Virus record (IMG/VR): IMGVR_UViG_2974646641_000001
Coordinates: 1 to 64,000 of that record
Source of the DNA: a virus
Taxonomy: Duplodnaviria; Caudoviricetes
Length of the DNA: 64,000 bases
Strand: one strand, 5' to 3'
Below, one piece after another: positions 8,909 through 18,224 of the stretch. Within the stretch, counting starts at the first letter, position 1; each line of letters starts with the position of its first letter. The notes beneath the pieces were generated by a model. That model was not told the DNA's origin. It made no database searches and was given only the letters and a program-made list of their open reading frames with translations. Both the position numbers and the translations under genes were made by a program.

Positions 8909-9033
8909 TCCGGCTCCCGCGGTCACTGGCGTTACCCCTAACGTGAATAGCGCTACGGTGGTAGCTAAGTAATAAGCCCGATTATTAAACCTCCTCATTT
9001 GAGGAGGTGTACATATCTACATGATAGGAGGTA

Positions 9034-9495
9034 ATGTCCTTGGCAAAGAATTTTGATGTTTATGATAACACGGACAAAAAGGTCGTAACTAATCAACCGT
9101 CCCCCGTTGTTATTTCGGGACTTTCCCCAGCCACCAAGTATTCTGGTTATAAGATTGCCTACACTGGCGAAAGTGCAAAGACAACGATTGATGACTTTAC
9201 AACTACTAACCAAGTGCCCGGCAAGCCGTCATTAGCGGTTAGCGCTGGTGACGGTAAATTAGATGTCACCTTCTCTGACGGTCAGAATGTCGGCACAGCA
9301 GTCACTAAGCGCACTGTTTACTGGAAAACAGCAGATGGCCACAACGGCACTGCCGATTTCGGTACGTCATTAACCGGCTCGGTTGACGGCTTAACAAACG
9401 GCACGGAATATACATTACAAGGTATATGTACAAACGCCGCTGGCGATTCTGAAAAATCAGATGAAGTAAAAGGTACTCCAGTCGCGGCTGGATAA
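9034..9495 (+). CDS. fibronectin type III/Ig-like virion decoration protein
   Basis: VISGLSPATKY, GLTNGTEYTLQ...NAAGDSEKS FN3-like signatures. Confidence 0.7.
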   Translation: MSLAKNFDVYDNTDKKVVTNQPSPVVISGLSPATKYSGYKIAYTGESAKTTIDDFTTTNQVPGKPSLAVSAGDGKLDVTFSDGQNVGTAVTKRTVYWKTADGHNGTADFGTSLTGSVDGLTNGTEYTLQGICTNAAGDSEKSDEVKGTPVAAG

Positions 9496-9535
9496 TCCTA
9501 CCCCGTTTTTCGGGGGTACATAGGAGGTGTAATAG

Positions 9536-9823
9536 ATGTCGGTGACAATTGATGACTTTAAGAATCAAATTAACGCAGATTCTGATGAAGATGTTGATTT
9601 ATATTTTAACCATGCTGTTGATTACGTCAATTTTTACGTGTCAAGAGTCGCTGGTCAATTCGAGGGTGTTCGTGAAAAACAATTTGAGGCTATTGTAGAT
9701 AGAGCTGTATTAGAAGTTGCTACGACCCTATACTTGAAACGTGACGGAGCGCCCGTCAGTGGCACTGTTAATTCCTCCTCACTAGAAACCATTATGAATT
9801 ATGGTAGAAACTTCTCAATCTAG
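9536..9823 (+). CDS. head-tail connector (gp6-like)
   Basis: Size, position, AVLEVATTLYLKRDG motif. Confidence 0.75.
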   Translation: MSVTIDDFKNQINADSDEDVDLYFNHAVDYVNFYVSRVAGQFEGVREKQFEAIVDRAVLEVATTLYLKRDGAPVSGTVNSSSLETIMNYGRNFSI

Positions 9824-9839
9824 TTAGTGGGGTGATAAG

Positions 9840-10259
9840 ATGGCAAATAAGGTTGACCTATGGCGTTACAAAGAAAAGTTAGAACTTGGCACAAACGACT
9901 CGTGGGTAGAGCTTGACAACGGAAACATTATCAACTCTGGAGCTGATATTAATGACGATACATTTGATGTTAAGTATACTTTTCATTGCGCACAATATCG
10001 AGTATCAGATAGAAATATTACGAGTGTTGACGGAATGAATGATGAAGATACAATCGTGGTTGCCGTTAAACACAGACCAAACTTTGACTATGATAGTTAC
10101 CGAGCTAGATTTAGAAAGAAGTATTATATCGTAACCTACATCGTACCAGATACCGCCGCAATCGTATCGTATGACTTATTATCACTAAAATCAGTCATTA
10201 AGAACGGTGGTTCATCTGGTGCTTCCGATTCATTTGGGGGTGGCACATTTGGCGACTAA
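9840..10259 (+). CDS. head-tail adaptor/closure protein
   Basis: Synteny and size. Confidence 0.65.
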   Translation: MANKVDLWRYKEKLELGTNDSWVELDNGNIINSGADINDDTFDVKYTFHCAQYRVSDRNITSVDGMNDEDTIVVAVKHRPNFDYDSYRARFRKKYYIVTYIVPDTAAIVSYDLLSLKSVIKNGGSSGASDSFGGGTFGD

Positions 10260-10701
10260 AAAGCAATTAGTCACTAGCGGATTAGGTTCAATTGAGGTAA
10301 CTGGTGAAGACGAATTATTAAGGCAGTTAGATAAGCTTAAATTAACCCGTAAAGAACGTTCAGCTATTGTTGAAGCCGCTATTCCGATTGCCGAAAAACA
10401 CTTGTATGATTGCACGCCTTATGATGAATTTGAAGATATTCGTAACAAAAAACTATACGGAAAATCAATCGGGCACTTGCGTGACCATATCACACATAAA
10501 CCGAACCAATTTATTGATGGCGGCACTGAATTAGGGTTTGAGCAAAAGGCTTATCCAATTGCTGTCTGGACTGATTGGGGAACATATCGTCAGCCTGCAC
10601 AGTTCTGGTTTGAAAAGTCCGTTGAAACCATGCCATATGACCAAATCTTTGCCGCACAAACTCAAACGGCTAAGGCTATTTTAAAGGCAAAGGGGTTGTA
10701 A
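10249..10701 (+). CDS. HK97 gp10-like tail completion protein
   Basis: GHLRDHI...DWGTYRQPAQFW motif; TTG start after GGGGGTG SD. Confidence 0.75.
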   Translation: MATKKQLVTSGLGSIEVTGEDELLRQLDKLKLTRKERSAIVEAAIPIAEKHLYDCTPYDEFEDIRNKKLYGKSIGHLRDHITHKPNQFIDGGTELGFEQKAYPIAVWTDWGTYRQPAQFWFEKSVETMPYDQIFAAQTQTAKAILKAKGL

Positions 10702-10704
10702 GAT

Positions 10705-11082
10705 TTGATTTCAAATGACGTTAAACAATTAATCAGGGACGCCAACATTGATGGAATTGACTCTGACTACGTTTTTGCGTATGGTCTTCCTGACCGTGTT
10801 AAGGCGTCAGTTCAGAATAAAATAGTCATTTTAGTAAATGATATTTCACGGATTCCTAGCAAATTTGGTAGCGATGATATAATCGCTGATGATGGTACGG
10901 TACAGGTACAGTTCTTTTACCCACTAAGTATCAAGGGTGATGTCACAGCTTTATATGAGCACCCTGTTCGTAACATGCTACGACATAATGGTTGGTATCA
11001 AACAATTGGTGGCGGTGTTGACCGTGAACCAAAGACTTCACAACTTTACTCAACCTATCACTTTAAGAAAACTATTTATTAA
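10705..11082 (+). CDS. tail terminator-like protein (DUF806-like)
   Basis: VQVQFFY...GW...DREPKTSQL pattern; precedes the major tail protein. Confidence 0.65.
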   Translation: MISNDVKQLIRDANIDGIDSDYVFAYGLPDRVKASVQNKIVILVNDISRIPSKFGSDDIIADDGTVQVQFFYPLSIKGDVTALYEHPVRNMLRHNGWYQTIGGGVDREPKTSQLYSTYHFKKTIY

Positions 11083-11103
11083 AAAAGAAAGAGGTAATCA
11101 ATA

Positions 11104-11721
11104 ATGGCAAAAACCAAAGGTATTGACAGCGCTCGGCTTGCTATTTTTCAAACAGACAAGGAACAAGTTAATACGACAAACACAGCAATTGGTACGACTG
11201 GTGTATACACGTTAGACTCAACTACCGCACAAGGTATGACGGTCGGCAATATTACTGGTCTTACTCCAACGATGACTAAGATTTACGGTTCTGACATGGT
11301 TGTTGAAACGTCTGGTAAAGGTGTTGGGTCTGTTCAAGCAACTGTTGGTGCTAACGATATTCCAGAAGACATCATTGACGCTATTACTGGTGTTGACAAT
11401 GAAAAAGGTTTCTCTGTTGTTACATCAGATACTCGTGCGCCATATTCAGTTATTGAATTTATCACCCACGGCCGTTTGAACAACAAATTACACTTCGCCT
11501 TATTGAAAGGTACTTTCGGTCTGGAAGAACACAACATGCAAACGAACACCGAATCAGAACAATTGGCACCAGACTCATTGACGTTTACTGGTGTTAACCG
11601 TCAATCTGATAAGGCCGCTTATGCTAAAGGTGACGAAGCTAAGGACACTTTCAAGATTGAAGATTGGACTAACTTCGTATTTCCGGGTAATGCTGTTGCG
11701 AGTAGCGGCTCCCACGCCTAA
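11104..11721 (+). CDS. major tail protein
   Basis: NITGLTPT...IYGSD, HFALLKGTF motifs; synteny. Confidence 0.88.
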   Translation: MAKTKGIDSARLAIFQTDKEQVNTTNTAIGTTGVYTLDSTTAQGMTVGNITGLTPTMTKIYGSDMVVETSGKGVGSVQATVGANDIPEDIIDAITGVDNEKGFSVVTSDTRAPYSVIEFITHGRLNNKLHFALLKGTFGLEEHNMQTNTESEQLAPDSLTFTGVNRQSDKAAYAKGDEAKDTFKIEDWTNFVFPGNAVASSGSHA

Positions 11722-11848
11722 ATTAGCTAAGGTTACTCCTAGTGTGAGTAATGTAACAATTGAAACTGAATAATCACCTACATACCCCGTCTGGGGTGTG
11801 TGTACATATCCAAAAATAAAATATTAGATGAAAGACGAGGAGATTCAC

Positions 11849-12247
11849 ATGACTGTCAAAATCAATGCAAAAGACTTAGGTATTCGCAAGCCCGTCGAAG
11901 TAAACGAAACCAACAAAAATATCAAAAAGACGTTAAAGGTGCAAATGAAGTTGGAAGCGTTAGGTAACATTGACGCCGAAAACATGACTGATGAGGAAGC
12001 TTATAGTGTGTTCTTGAAGAACCAGTACGAAGCTAACGAAGCAACCACCGAATATATTGCTGACATGTTGCGTTTATCAGAATCACAAATTGATAAACTA
12101 GAAGACTTGGATTCAGACAAGACCGATGAGTTGTTCGCTCAAATCATTCAAAAGGTTATGCACATTGACCAGATTGTGGACGGTGACGAAGACGACAGTA
12201 CGCCCAGCGGAACCGCAGACGTTTCAGGAAACGCTGGACGAGATTAA
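11849..12247 (+). CDS. tail assembly chaperone (G-like)
   Basis: Between MTP and TMP; GAGGAG SD before ATG 11849. Confidence 0.8.
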   Translation: MTVKINAKDLGIRKPVEVNETNKNIKKTLKVQMKLEALGNIDAENMTDEEAYSVFLKNQYEANEATTEYIADMLRLSESQIDKLEDLDSDKTDELFAQIIQKVMHIDQIVDGDEDDSTPSGTADVSGNAGRD

Positions 12248-12425
12248 TCGTCTTGAAAAAGCATTAGTTGCTCAAAAGCAAGACACGTTCAACAACCTAG
12301 AGGAAACCAATTATTTTGATTTACTAGAAATGCTATCTGTTGATGATAACAGCGATGGTTCTAGTTCTGACGATGAGGTAGTTCCTTTGGGGTACTGGTT
12401 AGAAGATAACATTGCCGAGGGGTAA
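12203..12425 (+). CDS. tail assembly chaperone frameshift extension (T-like, +1 frame)
   Basis: Overlapping open frame without its own SD; LEETNYFDLLEML resembles T-type chaperone tails. Confidence 0.55.
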
Positions 12426-12455
12426 TGTTATTGTTTTTACTTATTTTTGTTGGTT

Positions 12456-12482
12456 AAGTTCGCTTTGGCGGGCTTGTTTTTT
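12456..12482 (+). terminator. intrinsic terminator-like hairpin before the tape measure gene
   Basis: AAGTTCGC-TTTG-GCGGGCTT followed by GTTTTTT. Confidence 0.55.
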
Positions 12483-12499
12483 GCAAGGAGGGTTTTTAA

Positions 12500-15400
12500 A
12501 TGAAACAGGCCGCATATGGTAGCTTAACATATAATGTTAATATTAACGATACCAAGGCTCAATCAAGCCTGCGTACGTTAAAAGGAGCTATCCGCTCCAC
12601 AGGCCACGAATGGCGCTCTAACGCTTCTGCAATGCAAGCCGCTGGTGACAGTGCAAGTGCTCTGGAAGCCAAGATAACAGGACTTAATAAAGAAATTGAG
12701 CTACAATCTGATTACAACAAGCGTTTAGCTGACGCCTTAAAACATGCCAATGCTCAAACTGACAAGGAAAAACTTGCGGTTATGCGCTGGACGAACGAAT
12801 TAACCCGAAGTAATGCGGCGTTGAAACGGCGTCAAAGCGAATTGGCAAGTGCGCGTGCCGCTGAAATCAGATTCTCAACTGGTATCGACAAGGCTAAAAC
12901 CTCACATAAAGCTTATACCAGTGCGATTGAGGCAAACGAAAAGGCTTTACTAGCAGAGGGCAAAGAGGAACAAGCAAGCGCTAAACATAAACAACTATTG
13001 GCGGCCAAGACATCTGCTTTAAAAGATGAACTCGGTCGTGAGGAAAAGGCATTCAAGGCGTTAAAATCTAGTGCTAGTTCATCTAATGTTGATATTAACA
13101 AACAGTCTGCCGTTGTATCAAAAGCTCGCGAAGCTTATGCTAGGGCCCGTGAGGAACAGCGTAAGTATTCTACCGGCTTGCACAAGATGGAACAGTATTC
13201 TAAGTCAACTGCGGAAATATCACAGTCGCTTGCTTCAAGATTGCGAGCGGAGGGTAAGGGCTACTCTGCAATGGCGGTAGAATTGAAGTCATTAATTAGT
13301 TCTCGCAAGGGCCTAATGGCTCAATACAAGGCCGAAGCGTCTGAGTTGGCGTTAGTCAAAAAACGTTCCGGCGAAACAAGTGCGGCTTATTCAACGCAAG
13401 CTAAGAAGGTCAACGAACTAGGTGCGAAAATTGGGGCAACAGAATCAAAAATCCGTTCTTTAAACAAGCGTGTTGGCCTATCTGGTACAGCGATAAATTC
13501 ATTTAGCGACAAAATTGGTGGTATGCAGAAAAAATATTCTGGTGTTGCCACTGCGATGTCTGCTGTTTCTCGTGGTACTGGTTATGCAACCTTAGGGCTT
13601 GCCGCTGTGACCAAGCAAGGCGTTTCGATGGCAACCTCTCTACAATCTTCTTTTGTGAAGACTAAAAACTTAATTGTTAAGTCTAATACAGAAGGTACTG
13701 GCGAGATTAATCGTAACCTTGCAAAGATGAAATCAAATGCTCAATCATATTCTAAGGAGTATGGATTGACACAACAAAAGATTGCCGATGGCTATCAAGA
13801 CTTAATCAAGCGTGGTTATAGTTCAGCACAAGCGTTAGGTTCAATGAAGACATTAGTTAAAGGTGCTATCGCCACTGGTGATGACTTTAATGATGTCACA
13901 GCCGTTTCTACACAGACTTTGGAATCATTCGGTCTAAGAGCTAAATCTACCGCTCAAATGGCTAAGAATACGTCTAAGGTTGTTAACGAGATGGCCTACG
14001 CCGCCGATATGACGGCTACCGATTTCCAAAGCTTGGGTAAAGGTATGGAATATGTCGGTAACACGGCCCATCAAGCAGGGTTTAGTATCTCCGAAACTGC
14101 TAGTGCCATGGGTATTTTATCGAACAACGGTTTGGAATCTGACAAAGCTGGTACTGGACTACGTAAGACGATTAACTCATTGGTATCTCCTACTGATAAC
14201 GCTACTGGCGCTTTGAAGAAATTAGGGTTATCAACAAGTAGTTTTACAGATAAGAATGGTAAGATGAAGTCGATGTCGGAAATCTTCGGCATTTTGAATC
14301 GTCACATGAAGGGCTTATCTGGTCACGACCGTACTGATGTATTCCACGCAATCTTTGGCACAACTGGTCAGCAAGCCGGTGGTATCTTAACCGATAATTA
14401 TAAATCACTTGGAAAACTTAATGACGAGGTTGCTAGGTCTGCGAAGAACGATTATATTGGTGGTTTATCTGCAAAGAACATGGAAACTGCGCAGAATCAG
14501 TTTAACAAGTTTAAGGTTACTTTTCAAGCTTTAGAGATTGAGTTTGCAAACGTATTACTTCCATATTTAACCAAAGGCGCTAAGGCGCTGACTGGATTAA
14601 TGGATAAGTTTGATAAGCTAAGTCCTTCCGCTAAAAAAGCCGCCGGAGCAACGCTTCTATTAGTTCCAGCAATTAGTGCTGTTACTGGTGTAATCGCCGC
14701 TTTCATTCGGAACTCAGGGACAATCGCGACTGTTATTTCTAAGTTGTTTAGCACGTCTAAGGTTAAAACTGCCAGTTCAAGTAAATCCGCCATAGCCGCA
14801 ATTAACGAACAAACGGCCGCTGTTAAAGCTCTTTCTGCGGCATGGGGAGAAGCTGGACGAGCCGCCGGAGCAGAAGCAGAGGAAGCCGGTGCCGGAGTTG
14901 GCGGCGGTTCTAAAGGAAAAGCTGGAAAGACAGCTTCCGAAGTGGAGTCAGTTGGCACTCGCGAAGAATATAAGGCGGCTAAGAAGTCTGGTTCCAAGAC
15001 ATCTATTCTGAAACGTATGGCCAAGGGACAGACAACCACAGAAGACGCCGAAGCCATCTCATCAAGAGTTGGCAAAATTGGCACTACTGGTTCTAAGCTA
15101 GGGAAAATAGCTAGAGGCACTGGTAGTGTTCTTAAACGTGTTCCATGGTTACAAACTGGGTTAGCCGCCATGAATCTTATCGGTATCAACAAGAAGAACG
15201 CCGGCCAGAAGGTTGGTTCCACTGCTGGTCAATTAGGTGGTACAATTGGTGGCGGTGCTATTGGTACTGGCCTTGGGGGCCTAATCGGTGGTGGACTCGG
15301 AACTTTCTTTGGCCCAGCAGGAACAGTCGCTGGTGCTAAGATTGGTTCTACTGTTGGTGGACTTGCTGGTAGCTTATTTGGTGGTTCTAAGGGCCAAGAT

Positions 15401-18163
15401 TGGGGTGGACAATTAGGTAAGAAGATTCAGAAGTCTTTAAAGAACTTCAAAATGCCTAAGATGTCAACCGTCACTAAGTCAATCGGTGATTGGTTTGGTG
15501 GTATTGGTAAGTGGATTAGTAAGCTAAAGCTACCAAGTATTAATTTTGGTAAAATGTTTAAAGGATTTAAACTTCCTAACATTGGGAAGATGTTTAAAAA
15601 CTTCAAACTGCCTAAAATTAGTGGAATTGGTAAGTGGTTTAGCGGATTGTTCAAAGGGCTTAAAATGCCTAGTTTAAGTAGTCTTGGCAAATCAATCGGT
15701 TCAGCATTTAGTAAGATGTTCTCTGGTCTTGGCAAAACAGGTATCGGAAAATCAATCTCTAAAATGCTGGCCGGTGTTGGTAAAACCATGTCAGGCTGGG
15801 CTAAGGGGATTGGTAAGTTCTTTGCCCCGGCTGTTAAGGCAATTCAAACACCTTTTAAGAAAATTGGTAAGTGGTTTAAGACCAGCCCAGTTGGTAAGTC
15901 AATTGTAACTATTGGTAAAGATATTGCCGGCGTAGTCAAGGGTATTGGTAAGTTTATTGCCGCCCTAGGAGCAATTGCCGGAAAGTTAGCCGCAATCGGT
16001 TTAGTCAAGTTATTTAAAGGAATTGGCAAGGCTCTTGGAGGCATGGGCAAAATCTTCTCTAAGGTCGGCAAGACAATTGGAAGATGGGCTAAGGGTGTTC
16101 GTAAGACCATTGACAATATGGTTAAACCAATTCAAAAAACGATGGGTAAAATCGGTAAAGGCATTTCTAAGGCATGGAGTGGCGCTTTAAAGACTGTCAC
16201 AAAATTTGTTAAGAATATGTACCACACCGCCACTAAATGGATTGGAAAATTAGTAAGTCCACTGGCTAAAACTTGGCATTCCATCTCTAAAACTGCTGAA
16301 AAATGGTGGAAGAACATATCAGGAACTGTTGGTCGCTGGGTTCATAATCTCTACAAAACTGCCACTAAATGGATTGGAAGGCTGTTAAGTCCCGTAGCTA
16401 AGGCTTGGAAGTCAATTTCCAAAACTGCTGGTAGATGGTGGAAATCTATCTCCAATGCGATTGGTAGTTGGGCTCACAAAATCTACAAAAATGTGACTAA
16501 GTGGTTCAGAAACTTGCTGTCACCAGTTGCCAGAGCATGGAAAAATGTATCTAAAACCATCGGCGGCTGGATTAAGGGTATTTGGAAAAATATCTCTAAA
16601 TTCGGTAACAATATGGCAAGCTTCTTTAAAAAGCTTCCGGGGCGGATTTCCGGCGCACTAAAAGGTGCATGGCATGGTATCTGGAACGCAATGGCCGGAA
16701 TTGTTAACAACGGTGTTATTCACCCTGTTGTTAAAGGTTGGAATGCCGTTGCCGGAGCCATTAACGGTGTCGAAAAGAAAATTGGTGTTGGCAAGAGCTT
16801 TAGACTTAGCACAGCTAGTTACGGTTCGGCTAAGCTAAGCACCTATGCCAATGGTACTCCGGGAGGGCCAGCGTTAGTAAATGACGCTAAGTCTAAATAC
16901 TGGCGCGAAGCTTACAAGCTTCCAGATGGCCGCATGGGTATGTTCCCTAATAAGCGTAACATTATAGTTAACCTTCCAAAAGGAACTGAAATTGCCAAAG
17001 GTGAGGACGCTAGAATGGTTCAGCCTTACCTAGAACACACTGGTGGTAAAATCCCGGCCTTTGCTTCTGCTACTGGCTGGTTAGATGGTATCGGCAGTGC
17101 TATCGGCGGTGCTGTGCACGGTGTCGGTAATTGGTTCTCTGGAGTTGAAACTAAGGCTTCTAAGCTTATTGATAATTTAGGCAAGATGATTAAGTCACCT
17201 GCTAAATATCTATCTGCTATGATTGCTTCACCATTAAACGCTTTAGCAAAAGGCGGTGGCATAGCCGCTAAAGCCGTTGGCATGACTGGTGACATTGTTG
17301 TCAACTCTCTTACTAGCTGGTTCAAAAAGATGTTAAAAGCAGGCCAAGATGAACAACTTGTCGGCAACGTCAAGCTTGGTGGTAGCGTTGCTTCACGTGC
17401 TCGTGCGTTAGCTAAAGCATTCAAGCAAGGTTATCCTGCTTCTAACAACGGTGGTATTGCCGGTATCTTAGGTAACTGGATTCAAGAATCTAACTTGAAC
17501 CCTTCCGCTGTCAACTCTAGTGACCATGGTACTGGTTTGGGGCAATGGACGTTCACTCGTGAAACTGGATTAAGAAATTGGTTACGTAAGCACGGTTACG
17601 CATGGAACTCCGCCGCTGGTCAAATTGGCTATGCCTTGAATGAACCCGGCGCAAACGGAATGCTAAAGGCTGTATTGAGAATGACAAATCCTACTGCCGC
17701 GGCTCAAAAGTTCTTCGCAACTTGGGAGTCTGGCGGTAACATGGACGCTTCTGGTGGTGCTCGTTTGAGTAACGCTTCTGCTGTATACCGCTACATTAAG
17801 GGTATGGAGAACGGTGGTCTTGTTGATAAAGCTCAAATGATTAACATTGCGGAACACAACAAACCAGAAATGGTTGTGTCTTTGACCAACAAAGACGCCG
17901 CAATTCGTCAATTGAAGCAATCAATTAGCTACCTTGAGAGTGGTAACACCGCCACTAACGTGAATACTCAAAATACGTCGTCTGCTGATAGTCAAGCAAT
18001 TGAACAAATTGCAACTGCTATCCAGCAAACTAACGCATTATTGCAAGCTATTCTGTCATCAAGCAATACCCCGAACGTCGCAGTTCTTGCTTCTCAAAGC
18101 GTTGTGGATTCAGTTAACAATGCTCGTCTTGCAAAAGATAGATACAACAAAATGTTGAATTAG
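12500..18163 (+). CDS. tape measure protein with C-terminal phage tail lysozyme domain
   Basis: 1887 aa; TP901-type TMP core, Trp/Phe-periodic repeats, GIAGILGNWIQESNLNP...GLGQWT lysozyme motif. Confidence 0.95.
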   Translation: MKQAAYGSLTYNVNINDTKAQSSLRTLKGAIRSTGHEWRSNASAMQAAGDSASALEAKITGLNKEIELQSDYNKRLADALKHANAQTDKEKLAVMRWTNELTRSNAALKRRQSELASARAAEIRFSTGIDKAKTSHKAYTSAIEANEKALLAEGKEEQASAKHKQLLAAKTSALKDELGREEKAFKALKSSASSSNVDINKQSAVVSKAREAYARAREEQRKYSTGLHKMEQYSKSTAEISQSLASRLRAEGKGYSAMAVELKSLISSRKGLMAQYKAEASELALVKKRSGETSAAYSTQAKKVNELGAKIGATESKIRSLNKRVGLSGTAINSFSDKIGGMQKKYSGVATAMSAVSRGTGYATLGLAAVTKQGVSMATSLQSSFVKTKNLIVKSNTEGTGEINRNLAKMKSNAQSYSKEYGLTQQKIADGYQDLIKRGYSSAQALGSMKTLVKGAIATGDDFNDVTAVSTQTLESFGLRAKSTAQMAKNTSKVVNEMAYAADMTATDFQSLGKGMEYVGNTAHQAGFSISETASAMGILSNNGLESDKAGTGLRKTINSLVSPTDNATGALKKLGLSTSSFTDKNGKMKSMSEIFGILNRHMKGLSGHDRTDVFHAIFGTTGQQAGGILTDNYKSLGKLNDEVARSAKNDYIGGLSAKNMETAQNQFNKFKVTFQALEIEFANVLLPYLTKGAKALTGLMDKFDKLSPSAKKAAGATLLLVPAISAVTGVIAAFIRNSGTIATVISKLFSTSKVKTASSSKSAIAAINEQTAAVKALSAAWGEAGRAAGAEAEEAGAGVGGGSKGKAGKTASEVESVGTREEYKAAKKSGSKTSILKRMAKGQTTTEDAEAISSRVGKIGTTGSKLGKIARGTGSVLKRVPWLQTGLAAMNLIGINKKNAGQKVGSTAGQLGGTIGGGAIGTGLGGLIGGGLGTFFGPAGTVAGAKIGSTVGGLAGSLFGGSKGQDWGGQLGKKIQKSLKNFKMPKMSTVTKSIGDWFGGIGKWISKLKLPSINFGKMFKGFKLPNIGKMFKNFKLPKISGIGKWFSGLFKGLKMPSLSSLGKSIGSAFSKMFSGLGKTGIGKSISKMLAGVGKTMSGWAKGIGKFFAPAVKAIQTPFKKIGKWFKTSPVGKSIVTIGKDIAGVVKGIGKFIAALGAIAGKLAAIGLVKLFKGIGKALGGMGKIFSKVGKTIGRWAKGVRKTIDNMVKPIQKTMGKIGKGISKAWSGALKTVTKFVKNMYHTATKWIGKLVSPLAKTWHSISKTAEKWWKNISGTVGRWVHNLYKTATKWIGRLLSPVAKAWKSISKTAGRWWKSISNAIGSWAHKIYKNVTKWFRNLLSPVARAWKNVSKTIGGWIKGIWKNISKFGNNMASFFKKLPGRISGALKGAWHGIWNAMAGIVNNGVIHPVVKGWNAVAGAINGVEKKIGVGKSFRLSTASYGSAKLSTYANGTPGGPALVNDAKSKYWREAYKLPDGRMGMFPNKRNIIVNLPKGTEIAKGEDARMVQPYLEHTGGKIPAFASATGWLDGIGSAIGGAVHGVGNWFSGVETKASKLIDNLGKMIKSPAKYLSAMIASPLNALAKGGGIAAKAVGMTGDIVVNSLTSWFKKMLKAGQDEQLVGNVKLGGSVASRARALAKAFKQGYPASNNGGIAGILGNWIQESNLNPSAVNSSDHGTGLGQWTFTRETGLRNWLRKHGYAWNSAAGQIGYALNEPGANGMLKAVLRMTNPTAAAQKFFATWESGGNMDASGGARLSNASAVYRYIKGMENGGLVDKAQMINIAEHNKPEMVVSLTNKDAAIRQLKQSISYLESGNTATNVNTQNTSSADSQAIEQIATAIQQTNALLQAILSSSNTPNVAVLASQSVVDSVNNARLAKDRYNKMLN

Positions 18164-18224
18164 CACCATATTTGGGGGCCACACCCCCAAATATACATAC
18201 ATCATTAACATAGGAGGTAATATA

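Noticed and set aside
15420-16720. Periodic FKLPK and Trp-spaced repeats in TMP
   Set aside because: Ordinary tape-measure amphipathic repeats; not a CRISPR or DGR feature
14524-17424. Several long minus-strand ORFs (232, 120, 132 aa) inside the tape measure gene
   Set aside because: Antisense shadows of Gly/Ala/Lys-rich codons
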